Numbered from the stretch's first letter, positions 1 to 10,770 are shown. The stretch: 64,000 bases of DNA from Bdellovibrionales bacterium (GCA_965205945.1 CBDBIB010000003.1:640394-704393); one strand, 5' to 3'. The notes: generated by a model not told the origin, from the sequence alone. Made by a program: numbers and translations.

Positions 1-655
1 CAGGTTTAAGGCTTCTTTGAAATAAACATAAGTTTTTACTCTTTATAAGCCCTTCTTGTCCGGATGCCTTATAAGACTCTAAAACTTTGTTAAAAGATTC
101 ATTAGTTAAAGTAGAATTAACCAGTCCAAGATGAAAAGCTTTTGATGTGTTAAACATTATCCCCGAAGTCATTAGTGCTTGGGCGTGAGAAGAATTGCAT
201 TTTGATAAAATAAAACTAGAAATTATAGCGGGAGCTAAACCAAGCTTTACCTCACTAAAACAAAATTTGGTAGATTCTTCTGCAAGCACATAATCTGCAA
301 CGGCAAGAAGACCAAGACCTCCGCCTAAAACATGCCCATGAGCTTTAACTATTACTGGCAGTGGAAACGAATAGATTTCATAAAAGAGGTTATAGAGTTT
401 GTAAGAGTCATTAATGTTTTCATTAAAAGAGTAATTAATCATTTCTTTCATCCAGTTTAAATCAGCTCCAGCACAAAATGATTTGCCTTCCCCTAAAAGT
501 ACTAAAGCTTTTAAAGTACTTAAGGATGACCTTAACTCTTTAAAAGTAGAGGTGAGTTCTGTTATTAATTCAAGATCAAGGGCATTTCTTTTCTCAGGGT
601 TATTAAGACTAATATAAAAAATATCGTGTTTAGTTTTTGTTATTAATTTATTCAT
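1..655 (-). CDS. Enoyl-CoA hydratase/isomerase, probably methylglutaconyl-CoA hydratase (LiuC-like); 3' end runs off the window
   Basis: Manual translation from ATG at 655: MNKLITKTKHDIFYISLNNPEKRNALD...GKSFCAGADLNWMK...GHVLGGGLGLLAVAD...FCFSEVKLGLAPAII (crotonase motifs). Lies directly downstream of the MCC beta gene. Confidence 0.85.
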   Translation of the reverse strand, partial: MNKLITKTKHDIFYISLNNPEKRNALDLELITELTSTFKELRSSLSTLKALVLLGEGKSFCAGADLNWMKEMINYSFNENINDSYKLYNLFYEIYSFPLPVIVKAHGHVLGGGLGLLAVADYVLAEESTKFCFSEVKLGLAPAIISSFILSKCNSSHAQALMTSGIMFNTSKAFHLGLVNSTLTNESFNKVLESYKASGQEGLIKSKNLCLFQRSLKP

Positions 656-663
656 GTTATTTC

Positions 664-2268
664 CTACATTCTAAAAATATTTTGAACAGACTCTTTCATT
701 TCGGTGTTTAAACAAACCTCTAAAGATAAGGCTAATATGTTTCTAGTGTCTTTAGGGTCGATTATACCATCATCCCAAAGTCTTGCTGTTGCGTAATATG
801 CAGAGCTTTCTTTTTCATATTTATCTAAAATAGGTTGTTTAAAAGAAAGCTCCATTTGAGGGGTTATCTTTTCATTCATTTTTTTTATTTGATCTTTTTT
901 TATAGTCCATAAGACATTTGCAGCTTGCTCCCCACCCATAACTGAGATTTTAGAATTAGGCCATGTCCACAAGAATCTTGGTTGATATGCTCTTCCACAC
1001 ATTCCGTAATTTCCAGCACCATGAGATCCACCTACAATTAGTGTTATTTTAGGAACTCGCACATTGCTAATGGCAGTTACAAGCTTTGCTCCATCTTTTG
1101 CAATGCCACCATTTTCATATTCTTTTCCAACCATAAAACCGGTGATGTTTTGTATGAAAAGAAGTGGAATTTTTCTTTGATCACAAAGTTGAATAAAATG
1201 AGCTGCTTTAAGAGAACTTTGAGAAAATAAAATTCCATTATTAGCTATAATGCCTATTTGCATTCCACAAATTTTTGCAAAACATGTAACAATGGTTTTT
1301 CCATAGTTTTCTTTAAATTCATGAAAATTACTTTCATCAACAATACGTAAAATAATTTCTTTTATATTAAAAGGTTGTTTTAAATTTTTTGGAATAACTC
1401 CATATAATTCTTCACAGGGGTAAAGGGGTTTTGCATAATCTGTATAGTTTCGATGTTTTTGATTAATATTTAAATGGCTTACAATATCTTTTGTAATATT
1501 TAAAGCATCAGCATCATTTTCTGCAAAGTGGTCACAAACACCACTAAGCATAGTGTGCATTTTAGCACCACCAAGTTCTTCAGCTGTAACAATCTCTTTA
1601 GTTGCAGCTTTTACTAGTGGAGGGCCTCCAAGAAAAATTGTTCCGGTCTTATGAACGATTACGTTTTCATCACTCATTGCTGGAACATATGCCCCTCCAG
1701 CAGTACAACTCCCCATGACAACTGAAATTTGTGGTATGCCTTTAGCAGATAGGCGGGCTTGATTATAAAAAATACGTCCAAAATTTTCTTTATCTGGAAA
1801 AACCTCTGACTGAAGGGGTAAAAAGGCACCTCCACTATCTACAAGATAAATACACGGCAGGTTATTTTCCAGCGCAATTTCTTGGGCTCGAAGGTGTTTT
1901 TTCACGGTTATTGGAAAGTATGTTCCGCTTTTAACCGTAGCATCATTTGCTACAATCATACAAAGAGTGCTCTCAACTTTTCCAATGCCGCTTACCACAC
2001 CAGCTGAAGGGGCTTGGGATTTATACATTTGGTGGGCTGCAAGAGGGCTGATTTCTAAAAATGAGCTTTGGTAATCTATTAAGTTAGAGATTCTTTGACG
2101 AGCGGTCATTTTTCCACGAGATAAATGCTTCTGAGTAGCACTTTTGCCGCCTCCTAATTGAGCTTTTTTAAGGAAGTTTTTTAAATTTTTAGTAAGCTCT
2201 TTAAGGTGAGCATGATTTTCTTTAAAACTTGGGGCATTTACGTTTAGTTCTGACTTATAAATGGGCAC
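664..2268 (-). CDS. liuB: Methylcrotonyl-CoA carboxylase beta (carboxyltransferase) subunit
   Basis: ANDATVKSGTYFPITVKKHLRAQEIA, GSCTAGGAYVPAMSDE, GAGNYGMCGRAY and ARLWDDGIIDP motifs. Confidence 0.92.
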   Translation of the reverse strand: MPIYKSELNVNAPSFKENHAHLKELTKNLKNFLKKAQLGGGKSATQKHLSRGKMTARQRISNLIDYQSSFLEISPLAAHQMYKSQAPSAGVVSGIGKVESTLCMIVANDATVKSGTYFPITVKKHLRAQEIALENNLPCIYLVDSGGAFLPLQSEVFPDKENFGRIFYNQARLSAKGIPQISVVMGSCTAGGAYVPAMSDENVIVHKTGTIFLGGPPLVKAATKEIVTAEELGGAKMHTMLSGVCDHFAENDADALNITKDIVSHLNINQKHRNYTDYAKPLYPCEELYGVIPKNLKQPFNIKEIILRIVDESNFHEFKENYGKTIVTCFAKICGMQIGIIANNGILFSQSSLKAAHFIQLCDQRKIPLLFIQNITGFMVGKEYENGGIAKDGAKLVTAISNVRVPKITLIVGGSHGAGNYGMCGRAYQPRFLWTWPNSKISVMGGEQAANVLWTIKKDQIKKMNEKITPQMELSFKQPILDKYEKESSAYYATARLWDDGIIDPKDTRNILALSLEVCLNTEMKESVQNIFRM

Positions 2269-2376
2269 AATATACTCCTCTATACTTATTTATAAAGAAC
2301 AAACAATGGGTAGTGCAAGGCTCTATTGGTTATGATAATAAAGAGGGGGTTTGATTATTTACTTTAAGGGGAGGGG

Positions 2377-2790
2377 ATGAGGTTTTTAGGTTTATTCGTG
2401 TTGTTTGCGGCTCTTTATATTACATGGGGTTTATTTAATGGCAACAACGTTGTAGTGTCAGAAAGTGTACATGTACAGATCCAGAAGAACTTAGTAAAAA
2501 AGATTATTCAAGAAGTTATTGTTTCAAACCCAAAGGCTTATAATATTGAAGTTTCTGAATTTTGGACTGAGACAATAGATGAAAAAAATATAGTCGCTTA
2601 TTTTAAATTTCAATTTGAGGAAAAAGGTCTAGAAGAGGACCTAAAGGTAACTAAAAATGGGCAGATAAGACTTTCTAAAGCTAAGCAGATTAAGGGTGTT
2701 GAGCAATGGGAAGTAAAAGGTGCTTCATTAAAAGGTCAAAAGATTGATTTTAAAAAAGGGTTAACTTTTTTTAAAAAAGAGATGAAATGA
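2377..2790 (+). CDS. Hypothetical protein with N-terminal membrane anchor or signal
   Basis: 137 aa ORF with G-rich SD and hydrophobic N-terminus; ATGA overlap with next gene. Confidence 0.6.
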   Translation: MRFLGLFVLFAALYITWGLFNGNNVVVSESVHVQIQKNLVKKIIQEVIVSNPKAYNIEVSEFWTETIDEKNIVAYFKFQFEEKGLEEDLKVTKNGQIRLSKAKQIKGVEQWEVKGASLKGQKIDFKKGLTFFKKEMK

Positions 2791-3809
2791 AGAAAGTTAT
2801 ACAGATAAGCCATGAGGGAAAATTGTCTTTAAGTGGGCAGCCTATTAAAGACACTCAGTTTGGGAATAGTTTTTTTAAATCTATGTATAAAAAAGATTAT
2901 GTTTGTCAAGGACAGGTTGAAGGTGAAACAGTTCTTGTAGAGTCAGTTTTAGCTCCTTTAGTAGTTAAAAATGTAGAAAGTATGTTAAGTGGAGTGGTTA
3001 AATTAGAATTTTTTTATGGATATGAAGAAGAGTTTAAACTTTCTAAGGGCTTATACCAAGATGATTGGTCAAGGCTTTGTGGAGAGAGTAAGAATGAGGT
3101 TCCTTTTGTTTTTTCAATTCCTGCTCAAGTTAAATTTTTAGAAAAAGTTGTAAATCCTTTAAGTTATGATTCTTTTGTTTATAGAGAAAAAAACTATGAA
3201 TTAGAAGAATGGTATGAGGAAAATTTAGATGTATCAAAGTCTAAATTTTGGACTGAGCGTTATTTGCAAGAGGCTATGCCTTGGGATTTAAAAACTTATC
3301 ATCCGTGTATTGATTGGACTTTACCAAGGTTAAAACTCTTTAAAAGTAAGATTTTAGTTCCTGGCTGTGGAAGAGGCCATGATGCTGCAAAACTAGCTTC
3401 TTTAGGGCATAAAGTAACAGGGCTAGATTTTTCCTTAGAAGCAATTAAAAAAGCTAAGGAGTTTTATGGAAATAAGTTAAAATTTGAAACTATTGATTTC
3501 TTTAAATTCGCCCAAGAGCATAAAGAAGAGCATGATATAGTTTTTGAGCATACATTTTTTTGTGCAATTTCTCCAGGAGATCGAGAAAAATTAATTAAAT
3601 CTTGGGTTAAGGCACTAAAACCGGGTGGTTACTTGGTGGGGGTTTTTTTTATGGCCTTAAAGAGAAAAGGGCCTCCATTTGGAATCACTGAGTGGGAATT
3701 AGAGCAATTATTAGAAAAATATTTTAAGATTGAGTATTGGGGTAGGCTTAGAGGTGAAGAAGTTGCTAGAGAAGGTCAGGAACTTTTTATTTATGCTCAG
3801 AAAAAATGA
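2787..3809 (+). CDS. TPMT/thiol-halide-type class I SAM methyltransferase with an extra N-terminal domain
   Basis: FWTERY...PWD, LVPGCGRGHDA, GLDFS, FEHTFFCAI and GPPFG motifs in the C-terminal ~190 aa. Confidence 0.8.
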   Translation: MKKVIQISHEGKLSLSGQPIKDTQFGNSFFKSMYKKDYVCQGQVEGETVLVESVLAPLVVKNVESMLSGVVKLEFFYGYEEEFKLSKGLYQDDWSRLCGESKNEVPFVFSIPAQVKFLEKVVNPLSYDSFVYREKNYELEEWYEENLDVSKSKFWTERYLQEAMPWDLKTYHPCIDWTLPRLKLFKSKILVPGCGRGHDAAKLASLGHKVTGLDFSLEAIKKAKEFYGNKLKFETIDFFKFAQEHKEEHDIVFEHTFFCAISPGDREKLIKSWVKALKPGGYLVGVFFMALKRKGPPFGITEWELEQLLEKYFKIEYWGRLRGEEVAREGQELFIYAQKK

Positions 3810-3834
3810 ACTTAAAAAAAATATAGATAACTAG

Positions 3835-6453
3835 GTGATTATGGAAAACACAGAATTAAAGTTTAATTATTTAAAAGATTTTAGAGAATTAGAATATTCA
3901 ACGCCAGAGCTTTTTGCAACCTTTATATTAGGAAAGGAGAAAACAACTGTTAAAGCCGAGTATAAAATTATAAAAAACGCTGGCGTTTCAAAACTTTTTT
4001 TAAACGGTGTTGACATTAAATTCCTATCAGCTCGAATCAATGGAGTTTTGCTTTTAAAAGATCAGTATAAACTTTTAAAAGAAGGAATTGTTTTTTTAGT
4101 AGATCCAAATTTAACACAACTTTCTTTAACTGTTGAGAATGAAAACTATCCAAATAAAAATACAGAACTTGAAGGGCTTTATTTAAGTGGAGATCTTCTT
4201 TGTACGCAAAATGAACCCATGGGCTTTAGAAAAATTATGTATTCATTAGACCGTCCAGATAATATGGTTCAGTGTAGGGTTAAAATATTAGGTGACAAAC
4301 GCACTTACCCAGTTATGTTGGCCAATGGAAATTTAATTGAAGAAGGTTTTGAAAGTGGGCTGTATTATTGTATATGGGAGGATCCGTTTCCAAAATCACT
4401 TCACCTTTTTGCTCTTGTTGCAGGGGATCTTGCTAAGCTTACAAGCGAATACACAACAAAATCTGGAAGAAAGATTGATCTAAAATTTTATTTTAATCAT
4501 GGGGCTGAAAATAAATGCGATTTTGCAATAAAAAGCCTTAAGAATGCTATGAGATGGGATGAGGAGCGGTTTAATCTTGAGTATGATTTAGACCTTTATA
4601 TGGTTGCAGCTGTAGACTCTTTTAATATGGGGGCAATGGAGAATAAGGGGTTAAATATTTTTAACTCGGCACTTGTTTTAGTTGATCCTGCAACAGCAAC
4701 GGATTTAAATTACCATAGAGTTGAATCTGTTATTGGGCACGAGTATTTTCACAATTGGACAGGCAATAGAGTTACTTTAAAAAACTGGTTTCAGTTAACT
4801 TTAAAAGAAGGTCTTACTGTTTTTAGAGATCAGGAATTTTCTGCAGATTTAAACGATGCTGCAGTTGAGCGTATTGATATGGTGAAGAGTCTTAAGGAAA
4901 GGCAGTTTTCTGAAGATTCTGGTCCACTAGCTCATCCTATTAGACCTGAGAAGTATCAGGCAATGAATAATTTTTATACTCCAACAGTATATGAAAAAGG
5001 AGCTGAGGTTATTCGAATGCTTTTTATTCTTTTAGGAGAAGAAAAATTTCAAAAGGGAATGACTGAGTATTTTAAAGAATTTGACGGTAAGGCGGTCACT
5101 ACAGAGGATTTTGTTGATGTTATGACAGCTGAGGAGCCAAGGGTTGATAAGGAGTGGTTTTTAAGGTGGTATAAAACTCCAGGAACTCCATCGGTTACAA
5201 TTACAGAAGAATATTCATCAGGAAATTTAAGGCTTAAATTTATTCAAGAAAATAAAGTTTCTAAGATGCAAAAATTAGGATTTACTGAAACATACATTCC
5301 TATAAAAATGAGCATTTACAACTCTAAAGGGCATAAATTTATTTTGTCTTCTAAAGCTGTAGATCAACCTTTTTTAGATAAAGGGATTTTAATCTTAAAA
5401 AATAAAGAAACTCATATTGAATTTAATAGAATAAGCAAGGATTATATTTGTTCTTATTTTGAGGGTTTTTCAGCGCCAGTTTTATACTCTGTAAGAAACG
5501 ATAAAAGAAATATGGCAACACTAATTAAGTTTGATCAAGATAATTTTAATAAGTATAATGCTGTAAAAATAAGTGCTTTTCAGTTTGCCCAAGGGTTAAA
5601 TAATGATCATATTGAATCTTTAAAATATGTTTTTAAAGATGCCAATATGACAGATCTTATGAAGAGTCAGATTCTTGAACCTCCAACAGTAAATGATTTT
5701 TCTGAAGGGAAAAAAACTTTTAACCCAAATCAAATTCTAAAAATCCAGAAAGATTACATATCTAAAGTGGGTGATGAAGTGGGCGATATTTTTTTAAATT
5801 ATTTAAAAGAAACTAGTTTTAAACCTTTTAAATACTCTTTAGAGGCTAAAGGAGAGCGAGCTTTATACATTTGTGCTTTAGAGTATCTAGTTGTAAGTTC
5901 TAGGTACAAAACAGAGGCTGTTAGAATTTTAAAAGATATTTATAATAAATCAGACAATATGACAATTTCTTTTTCTGCTTTAATGCTCTTACAAAAATAT
6001 GCCTATACTCAAGCTTTAGATATTTCAAATGATTTTTATGAAACTCATCATAAAGAACATTTAACATTACAAAAATGGATATCTACATTCGTATCCATTC
6101 CAGATTTTAAAGAGGTTGAAAAAAGAATTAAGCATGTGGAGAGTTTAAAAGGCTATTTAGAAAAAATCCCTAATTTTGTTAGAGCTTTATGGGGCTCGTT
6201 TTGTAAAAATGATGCTGTTTTTCATGATGAAAAAGGACGTGGTTACGAACTGTTATTAAACAGAGTTCTTAAAATAGATAAAATTAATTCTCAAATATCT
6301 TCTGGCTTAATGAAGAACTTTAATATTACGCCAAGAATTTCTGGAAAAAACAAAAAAATTATAAGAAATGCTGTTTTAGGGTTTAATAGTGAGGGAGCAG
6401 TTCTTTCTAAAAACTTAGAAGAGACATATTTAAGCATTAAAGGAGTATTATAA
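3835..6453 (+). CDS. pepN: Aminopeptidase N (M1 family)
   Basis: GAMENKGLN, HEYFHNWTGNRVT, LKEGLTVFRDQEFS and NFYTPTVYEKGAEV motifs. Confidence 0.95.
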   Translation: MIMENTELKFNYLKDFRELEYSTPELFATFILGKEKTTVKAEYKIIKNAGVSKLFLNGVDIKFLSARINGVLLLKDQYKLLKEGIVFLVDPNLTQLSLTVENENYPNKNTELEGLYLSGDLLCTQNEPMGFRKIMYSLDRPDNMVQCRVKILGDKRTYPVMLANGNLIEEGFESGLYYCIWEDPFPKSLHLFALVAGDLAKLTSEYTTKSGRKIDLKFYFNHGAENKCDFAIKSLKNAMRWDEERFNLEYDLDLYMVAAVDSFNMGAMENKGLNIFNSALVLVDPATATDLNYHRVESVIGHEYFHNWTGNRVTLKNWFQLTLKEGLTVFRDQEFSADLNDAAVERIDMVKSLKERQFSEDSGPLAHPIRPEKYQAMNNFYTPTVYEKGAEVIRMLFILLGEEKFQKGMTEYFKEFDGKAVTTEDFVDVMTAEEPRVDKEWFLRWYKTPGTPSVTITEEYSSGNLRLKFIQENKVSKMQKLGFTETYIPIKMSIYNSKGHKFILSSKAVDQPFLDKGILILKNKETHIEFNRISKDYICSYFEGFSAPVLYSVRNDKRNMATLIKFDQDNFNKYNAVKISAFQFAQGLNNDHIESLKYVFKDANMTDLMKSQILEPPTVNDFSEGKKTFNPNQILKIQKDYISKVGDEVGDIFLNYLKETSFKPFKYSLEAKGERALYICALEYLVVSSRYKTEAVRILKDIYNKSDNMTISFSALMLLQKYAYTQALDISNDFYETHHKEHLTLQKWISTFVSIPDFKEVEKRIKHVESLKGYLEKIPNFVRALWGSFCKNDAVFHDEKGRGYELLLNRVLKIDKINSQISSGLMKNFNITPRISGKNKKIIRNAVLGFNSEGAVLSKNLEETYLSIKGVL

Positions 6454-7137
6454 ATGGCAAGTATGAAGCTTACAAATCCACTTAGATTTTTTGGATTTTT
6501 TGGATTATTTTTAGTATTTATGTTTTTAGCTGTAAAATCTTGTTCTGATAGAAGATCAAAGATGGAGTTTGTAGCGGCTGAAGATGTAACTGAAATCACC
6601 GATGTTTCAAGAGAAAAGGAAAATTCTAAGGAATTATCTGAATTCATCAAAGGTATAAAAAAAGACATCAAAAAAAAAGATGAAATCACTGGTGATCTTT
6701 TTATAAAAGATATTGAAAAACTTGAAGATAAAAACATTAATAAAGAAACTATTAAAAAATTTACGGGAAAAACTATTAGAATTAAGAAGAAAGTTAAAAA
6801 AAATATTTTTAAAAAATCGCCGTCTTTTAAAAAAGAAAGAACTAGAAACTGGAAAGAATTTAGAGTTTTAGTAAAAGCTAGTGGGAATAAAATAAATAGT
6901 TTTTCTAAACTTAAGCTTCAAAAAAATTTAAAAATCTTAAATTCCATTGGAAGAGGTAGGATTATTATTTACGGGGGGTACTTTCCTGGTGAAGTAAAAT
7001 CTAAAGGATTCATTAGGGCTGCAAATATTAAAAATGAATTAATAAGTTTAGGTCTTAACAGTTCGATCTCTATCTTTACTCTACCTTATTTTAGAAATAA
7101 TAAAGACTTTATAGGTGAGGTTAGGTTTTCTAAATAA
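6454..7137 (+). CDS. Membrane-anchored Lys-rich hypothetical protein, possibly with a degenerate OmpA-like C-terminal domain
   Basis: N-terminal TM helix; C-terminal IIIYG...RAANIKNELISLG weakly resembles the OmpA_C pattern; abuts the pepN stop. Confidence 0.45.
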   Translation: MASMKLTNPLRFFGFFGLFLVFMFLAVKSCSDRRSKMEFVAAEDVTEITDVSREKENSKELSEFIKGIKKDIKKKDEITGDLFIKDIEKLEDKNINKETIKKFTGKTIRIKKKVKKNIFKKSPSFKKERTRNWKEFRVLVKASGNKINSFSKLKLQKNLKILNSIGRGRIIIYGGYFPGEVKSKGFIRAANIKNELISLGLNSSISIFTLPYFRNNKDFIGEVRFSK

Positions 7138-7227
7138 AATTAAGATTTAGGCTGCAAGGCTTTTTAAGGAAACAGTTGTTTTAAGGGCTATGAGGTTTAA
7201 AGCATTAAAAAAATAGAGCTAAATCCC

Positions 7228-7276
7228 CAGGAAAAAAAGCAATGCACTCAAGTGTATAATAGTTTTTTTTCCTTGG
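7228..7276. terminator. Hairpin between convergent genes (possible terminator)
   Basis: CCAGGAAAAAAAGC ... GTTTTTTTTCCTTGG imperfect inverted repeat. Confidence 0.4.
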
Positions 7277-7311
7277 AGTGGAGGAGTTCATTAAAAAACT
7301 TAGTAATTAAT

Positions 7312-8205
7312 TTAAAGCTGTCGACCCTTAAGCATTGCAATACGTTTTTCTAAAGGAGGGTGTGTAGACATGAGTTGGCGCAAAAAACCCTTCTTAAAAG
7401 CTCCTGAAATTTTTAAGGCTGCAACTGATTCAGTTTTCTTATCTACTTTAAGGTTAGGGTTATAAACTTTTTGTAGTTTTTTAAGAGAGCTAATCATTTT
7501 CTGAGTTCCAGCAAGTCGTGCGCCGCCATGGTCGGCTCTAAATTCTCTAAATCTTGAAAAAGTCCCTGTAACCATGAGTCCTAAAAATCCAAGAGCAAAA
7601 GAAAAAAGATTCATAAGCATTATGCGCATGAAAAAACTTCCACGCTCATTATTTCTTGAAAGAACTGAGCAGGTAAGGTCGGCAAGAATTCTTGCTGCAA
7701 TCATAATAAGTGTATTTATAACACCTTGTAAGAGAACCATAGTGACCATATCACCGTTTTGAATGTGTGCTATTTCATGGCCTAAAACGCCCTCAACTTC
7801 ATCTTTAGTCATATTCTTTAAAAGTCCTGTTGAGACAGCTACTAAACTTCTAGATTTTGTTGGGCCTGTAGCAAAGGCATTAAGTTCATCTTCTTGGTAA
7901 ATTCCAACTTCAGGCATTTTTTTTATTCCAGCCATACGAGCATATCCATAAATAGATTGAAGCAACCATTTTTCAGTATTTGATTTTGGATTTAAAGGGT
8001 CAATTAGTTTAATCTTATGACTCCACTTAGCGGCTTTACGAGACATTAAAAGTGAGACTAGGGCGCCACCAAAACCAAAAAGAGCGTAGAAAATAACAAG
8101 GTTTATGTAATAGCCTGGAGGGATAGGTAGAAGGCTCATTATAAAACTAAATGTTATGAGTAAAACAAAATTAAGCCCTAAAACGTAAACAATCCTTCTA
8201 AACAT
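7312..8205 (-). CDS. htpX: Zinc metalloprotease HtpX
   Basis: NAFATG, LGHEIAHIQNGDMVTM, FSRFREFRADHG and STHPPLEKRI motifs. Confidence 0.93.
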   Translation of the reverse strand: MFRRIVYVLGLNFVLLITFSFIMSLLPIPPGYYINLVIFYALFGFGGALVSLLMSRKAAKWSHKIKLIDPLNPKSNTEKWLLQSIYGYARMAGIKKMPEVGIYQEDELNAFATGPTKSRSLVAVSTGLLKNMTKDEVEGVLGHEIAHIQNGDMVTMVLLQGVINTLIMIAARILADLTCSVLSRNNERGSFFMRIMLMNLFSFALGFLGLMVTGTFSRFREFRADHGGARLAGTQKMISSLKKLQKVYNPNLKVDKKTESVAALKISGAFKKGFLRQLMSTHPPLEKRIAMLKGRQL

Positions 8206-8286
8206 GACAGTCCTCCATTAATTTGTACAGAATATCATTTAAAGCAGAGGAGGCAAGAATTATATACTTACAGGTTCTAGTTTGGT

Positions 8287-10464
8287 TTAAGAAACGATAA
8301 GTTTGGAGTTTTTTATGTCTAGGGATATATTTTGAGCGTTTTTTTTTGTTTTAGAAACAAGGGTTTTTGCTATGGGTACTTTAATGTTATTTAAGATAAA
8401 TCGTTCAAAAGGGCGAGCTCCCATATTTTTTTCAAAGCCGGTTTTAAGAATCCATTTACAAACAGTATTTGTCCACGTAAGAGAGAATTTTTTGTCTTTA
8501 AGGTCGGTTTTTAATAAGGTAAGGTTTTTTTCAATTATTTTTAATAGTTCAGAATCTTTTAAATACTCAAATTTTATAATTGCTGTAAGACGATTTATAA
8601 ATTCAGGGTTGAAAAAATCTTTAATAGCTTTGTCTGAAAAATCATGGGAAGGGGCTTGAAAAATTCCTAAAGAACCTTTTTCAGCATCCTTTGCTCCAGA
8701 GTTAGAAGTCATAATAAGAATACATTGGTTAAAGTGAGTTTTTTTTCCAATAGAGTCAGTAAGTGATGCTGCATCCATTACTTGTAGTAAAACATTAATT
8801 ACACTAGGATGAGCCTTTTCAATTTCATCTAGTAAAAGTACGCAATGAGGGGTTTTTGAAACTTCATCAGTGAGTCTTCCTCCATCATCATGGCCGACAT
8901 AGCCTGGAGGGGCTCCAATAAGTTTAGAAACGGAGTGCTTTTCCATATATTCAGACATATCAAATTTTATAAGCGGAACGCTAAGGTGATAAGCTAATTG
9001 TTTAGAAAGTTCTGTTTTTCCAACACCAGTAGGTCCTGTGAATAAAAAAGATCCTAAAGGTTTGTCTTTATCATTTAAACCTACATGGGTGATAAGAACA
9101 TTTGAATTAAGCTGATCAATAGCCTTACTTTGTCCGTATATGTGTTTTTCTAGATTCTTTTTTAAAGATAAGATGGAGTTTTTAGTTTTTGTATCGGCTG
9201 TTTTTTTTGATACTTTATAGGCTCTAGATAAAGTTTTTAAAATATTTTTAGAGCTGACAAAACTGTTGTTATTAATAGATTCATGGGCACAAGTTTCGTC
9301 TAATAAATCAAGAGCTTTATCTGGAAATTTTCTGTCTAAAATATGTTTTTTTGAAAGTGTAACGGCGCTTTTTAATGCTTCAGTAGCTATAGTGAGTTTG
9401 TGAAACTTTTCATAGTTTGATTTTAGACCTTTAAGGATTTTAAGAGTGTCTTTTTCACAAGGTTCATCTATAAATATGGGTTGAAAACGTCTTGATAAAG
9501 CCGGGTCTTTTGCAAAGTATTTTCTATACTCAGTAAAAGTTGTAGAGCCAACAACTTTTATATGTGAATCTATTAAAATAGGCTTTAAAAGTCCCACCAT
9601 ATCAATATTACTGCCAGATGTGCTTCCTGCACCAACAATTGTATGAACTTCATCTATAAAAAGAAGGGGGTTTTTAATTTCCTTTAAACTTTTAAAAAGA
9701 GTTTTTAAACGGCCCTCAAAATCTCCACGATACTTAGCTCCAGCAAGAAGTGAAGGTAGATCTAGACTAAAAATAGAAAGATTTTTAAAGCGCTCGGGTG
9801 CTTTTTTTGTTTGAATAAGTTCAGCTAAACCTTCTCCTAAAGCGGTCTTTCCAACTCCAGGATCTCCGACTAAAAGGGGATTGTTTTTGTTTTTCCTAGA
9901 TAAAACCTCAAGAACCCTTTGGAGCTCAATTTGTCTGCCAATGAGTTTAGTTGTAAGATTATTGTTGAATTTTTCGTTTAAATTTTCACAGAATTTTTTT
10001 AAAGGGTTTTTTGATGAAGATGGTAAAGATTCGTCTTCTAGGTTTGAAGAAAGGTGCTCCATAATAATAAGAGGGGACAACTCCATTTGCTCTAATATAT
10101 AAACAGCGTAAGAATCAGATTCTTCAAAAATAGAAATCATGATGTGAAAACTACTAGTGGAGTTTTTACCAGAACTTTGAGTTTGCTTTAAAGCTTTATT
10201 AATACATCTGTGAAGGGCAAGAGTAGGTTCTGGTTTGTAGTTTGAGCCTGCGTTTAAAAGTTTTGGGTGATTTTTATCAATAAAATCCTCAAGAAGAATT
10301 TTAAATGAAACAGGGTTTATATTCTCTTCTTTTAGAAAATTAATAGTGTCAGTGATTTGTAAAGTGCCCCATAAAAAATGTTCTAAAGAAATAAACTCAT
10401 TCTTAAGTGCTAGGGCGTGCTCAGTAGCTTTATGTAAGCTTTCTTGTAAAGTGTGGTCAAACAT
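8287..10464 (-). CDS. clpA: ATP-dependent Clp protease ATP-binding subunit ClpA
   Basis: Two AAA modules (GDPGVGKT, GPTGVGKT), MSEYMEKHSVSKLIGAPPGYVG, no ClpB middle domain; immediately follows clpS. Confidence 0.92.
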   Translation of the reverse strand: MFDHTLQESLHKATEHALALKNEFISLEHFLWGTLQITDTINFLKEENINPVSFKILLEDFIDKNHPKLLNAGSNYKPEPTLALHRCINKALKQTQSSGKNSTSSFHIMISIFEESDSYAVYILEQMELSPLIIMEHLSSNLEDESLPSSSKNPLKKFCENLNEKFNNNLTTKLIGRQIELQRVLEVLSRKNKNNPLLVGDPGVGKTALGEGLAELIQTKKAPERFKNLSIFSLDLPSLLAGAKYRGDFEGRLKTLFKSLKEIKNPLLFIDEVHTIVGAGSTSGSNIDMVGLLKPILIDSHIKVVGSTTFTEYRKYFAKDPALSRRFQPIFIDEPCEKDTLKILKGLKSNYEKFHKLTIATEALKSAVTLSKKHILDRKFPDKALDLLDETCAHESINNNSFVSSKNILKTLSRAYKVSKKTADTKTKNSILSLKKNLEKHIYGQSKAIDQLNSNVLITHVGLNDKDKPLGSFLFTGPTGVGKTELSKQLAYHLSVPLIKFDMSEYMEKHSVSKLIGAPPGYVGHDDGGRLTDEVSKTPHCVLLLDEIEKAHPSVINVLLQVMDAASLTDSIGKKTHFNQCILIMTSNSGAKDAEKGSLGIFQAPSHDFSDKAIKDFFNPEFINRLTAIIKFEYLKDSELLKIIEKNLTLLKTDLKDKKFSLTWTNTVCKWILKTGFEKNMGARPFERFILNNIKVPIAKTLVSKTKKNAQNISLDIKNSKLIVS

Positions 10465-10770
10465 TTAGTTTTCCTCCATAATGCATTTTAAAGGAAAACC
10501 GTTTTCTTTTGCTGCCTGGTGGACTAAGTAAATTTTAGTTTCTGCAACTTCTTTTGTAAATATACCGACATTTGTACGGCCGTTATTGTGAATCTCTAGC
10601 ATAAGTTTAAAGGCTTCAGAACTAGATTTATAAAAGAACTGAGTTAAGATTTTTACAACAAAATCTTGAGTTGTAAAATCATCATTTAAAAGAAAAACAA
10701 TGTATAAAGAAGGTTCTTTTATTGAAATATCAACATCAAGGTTTTGGTCTGGGTTGCTTTCTTCATTCAT
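10465..10770 (-). CDS. clpS: Clp protease adaptor ClpS
   Basis: YIVFLLNDDFTTQDFVV...MLEIHNNG...AETK...FPL. Confidence 0.95.
   Translation of the reverse strand: MNEESNPDQNLDVDISIKEPSLYIVFLLNDDFTTQDFVVKILTQFFYKSSSEAFKLMLEIHNNGRTNVGIFTKEVAETKIYLVHQAAKENGFPLKCIMEEN

Noticed and set aside
6291..6737. Antisense and alternate-frame ORFs in the track (e.g. 6291-6737, 8372-8659, 17251-17523, 19841-20131, 52695-52991, 57142-57477, 59543-59815)
   Set aside because: Shadows of well-supported genes with no recognisable motifs.
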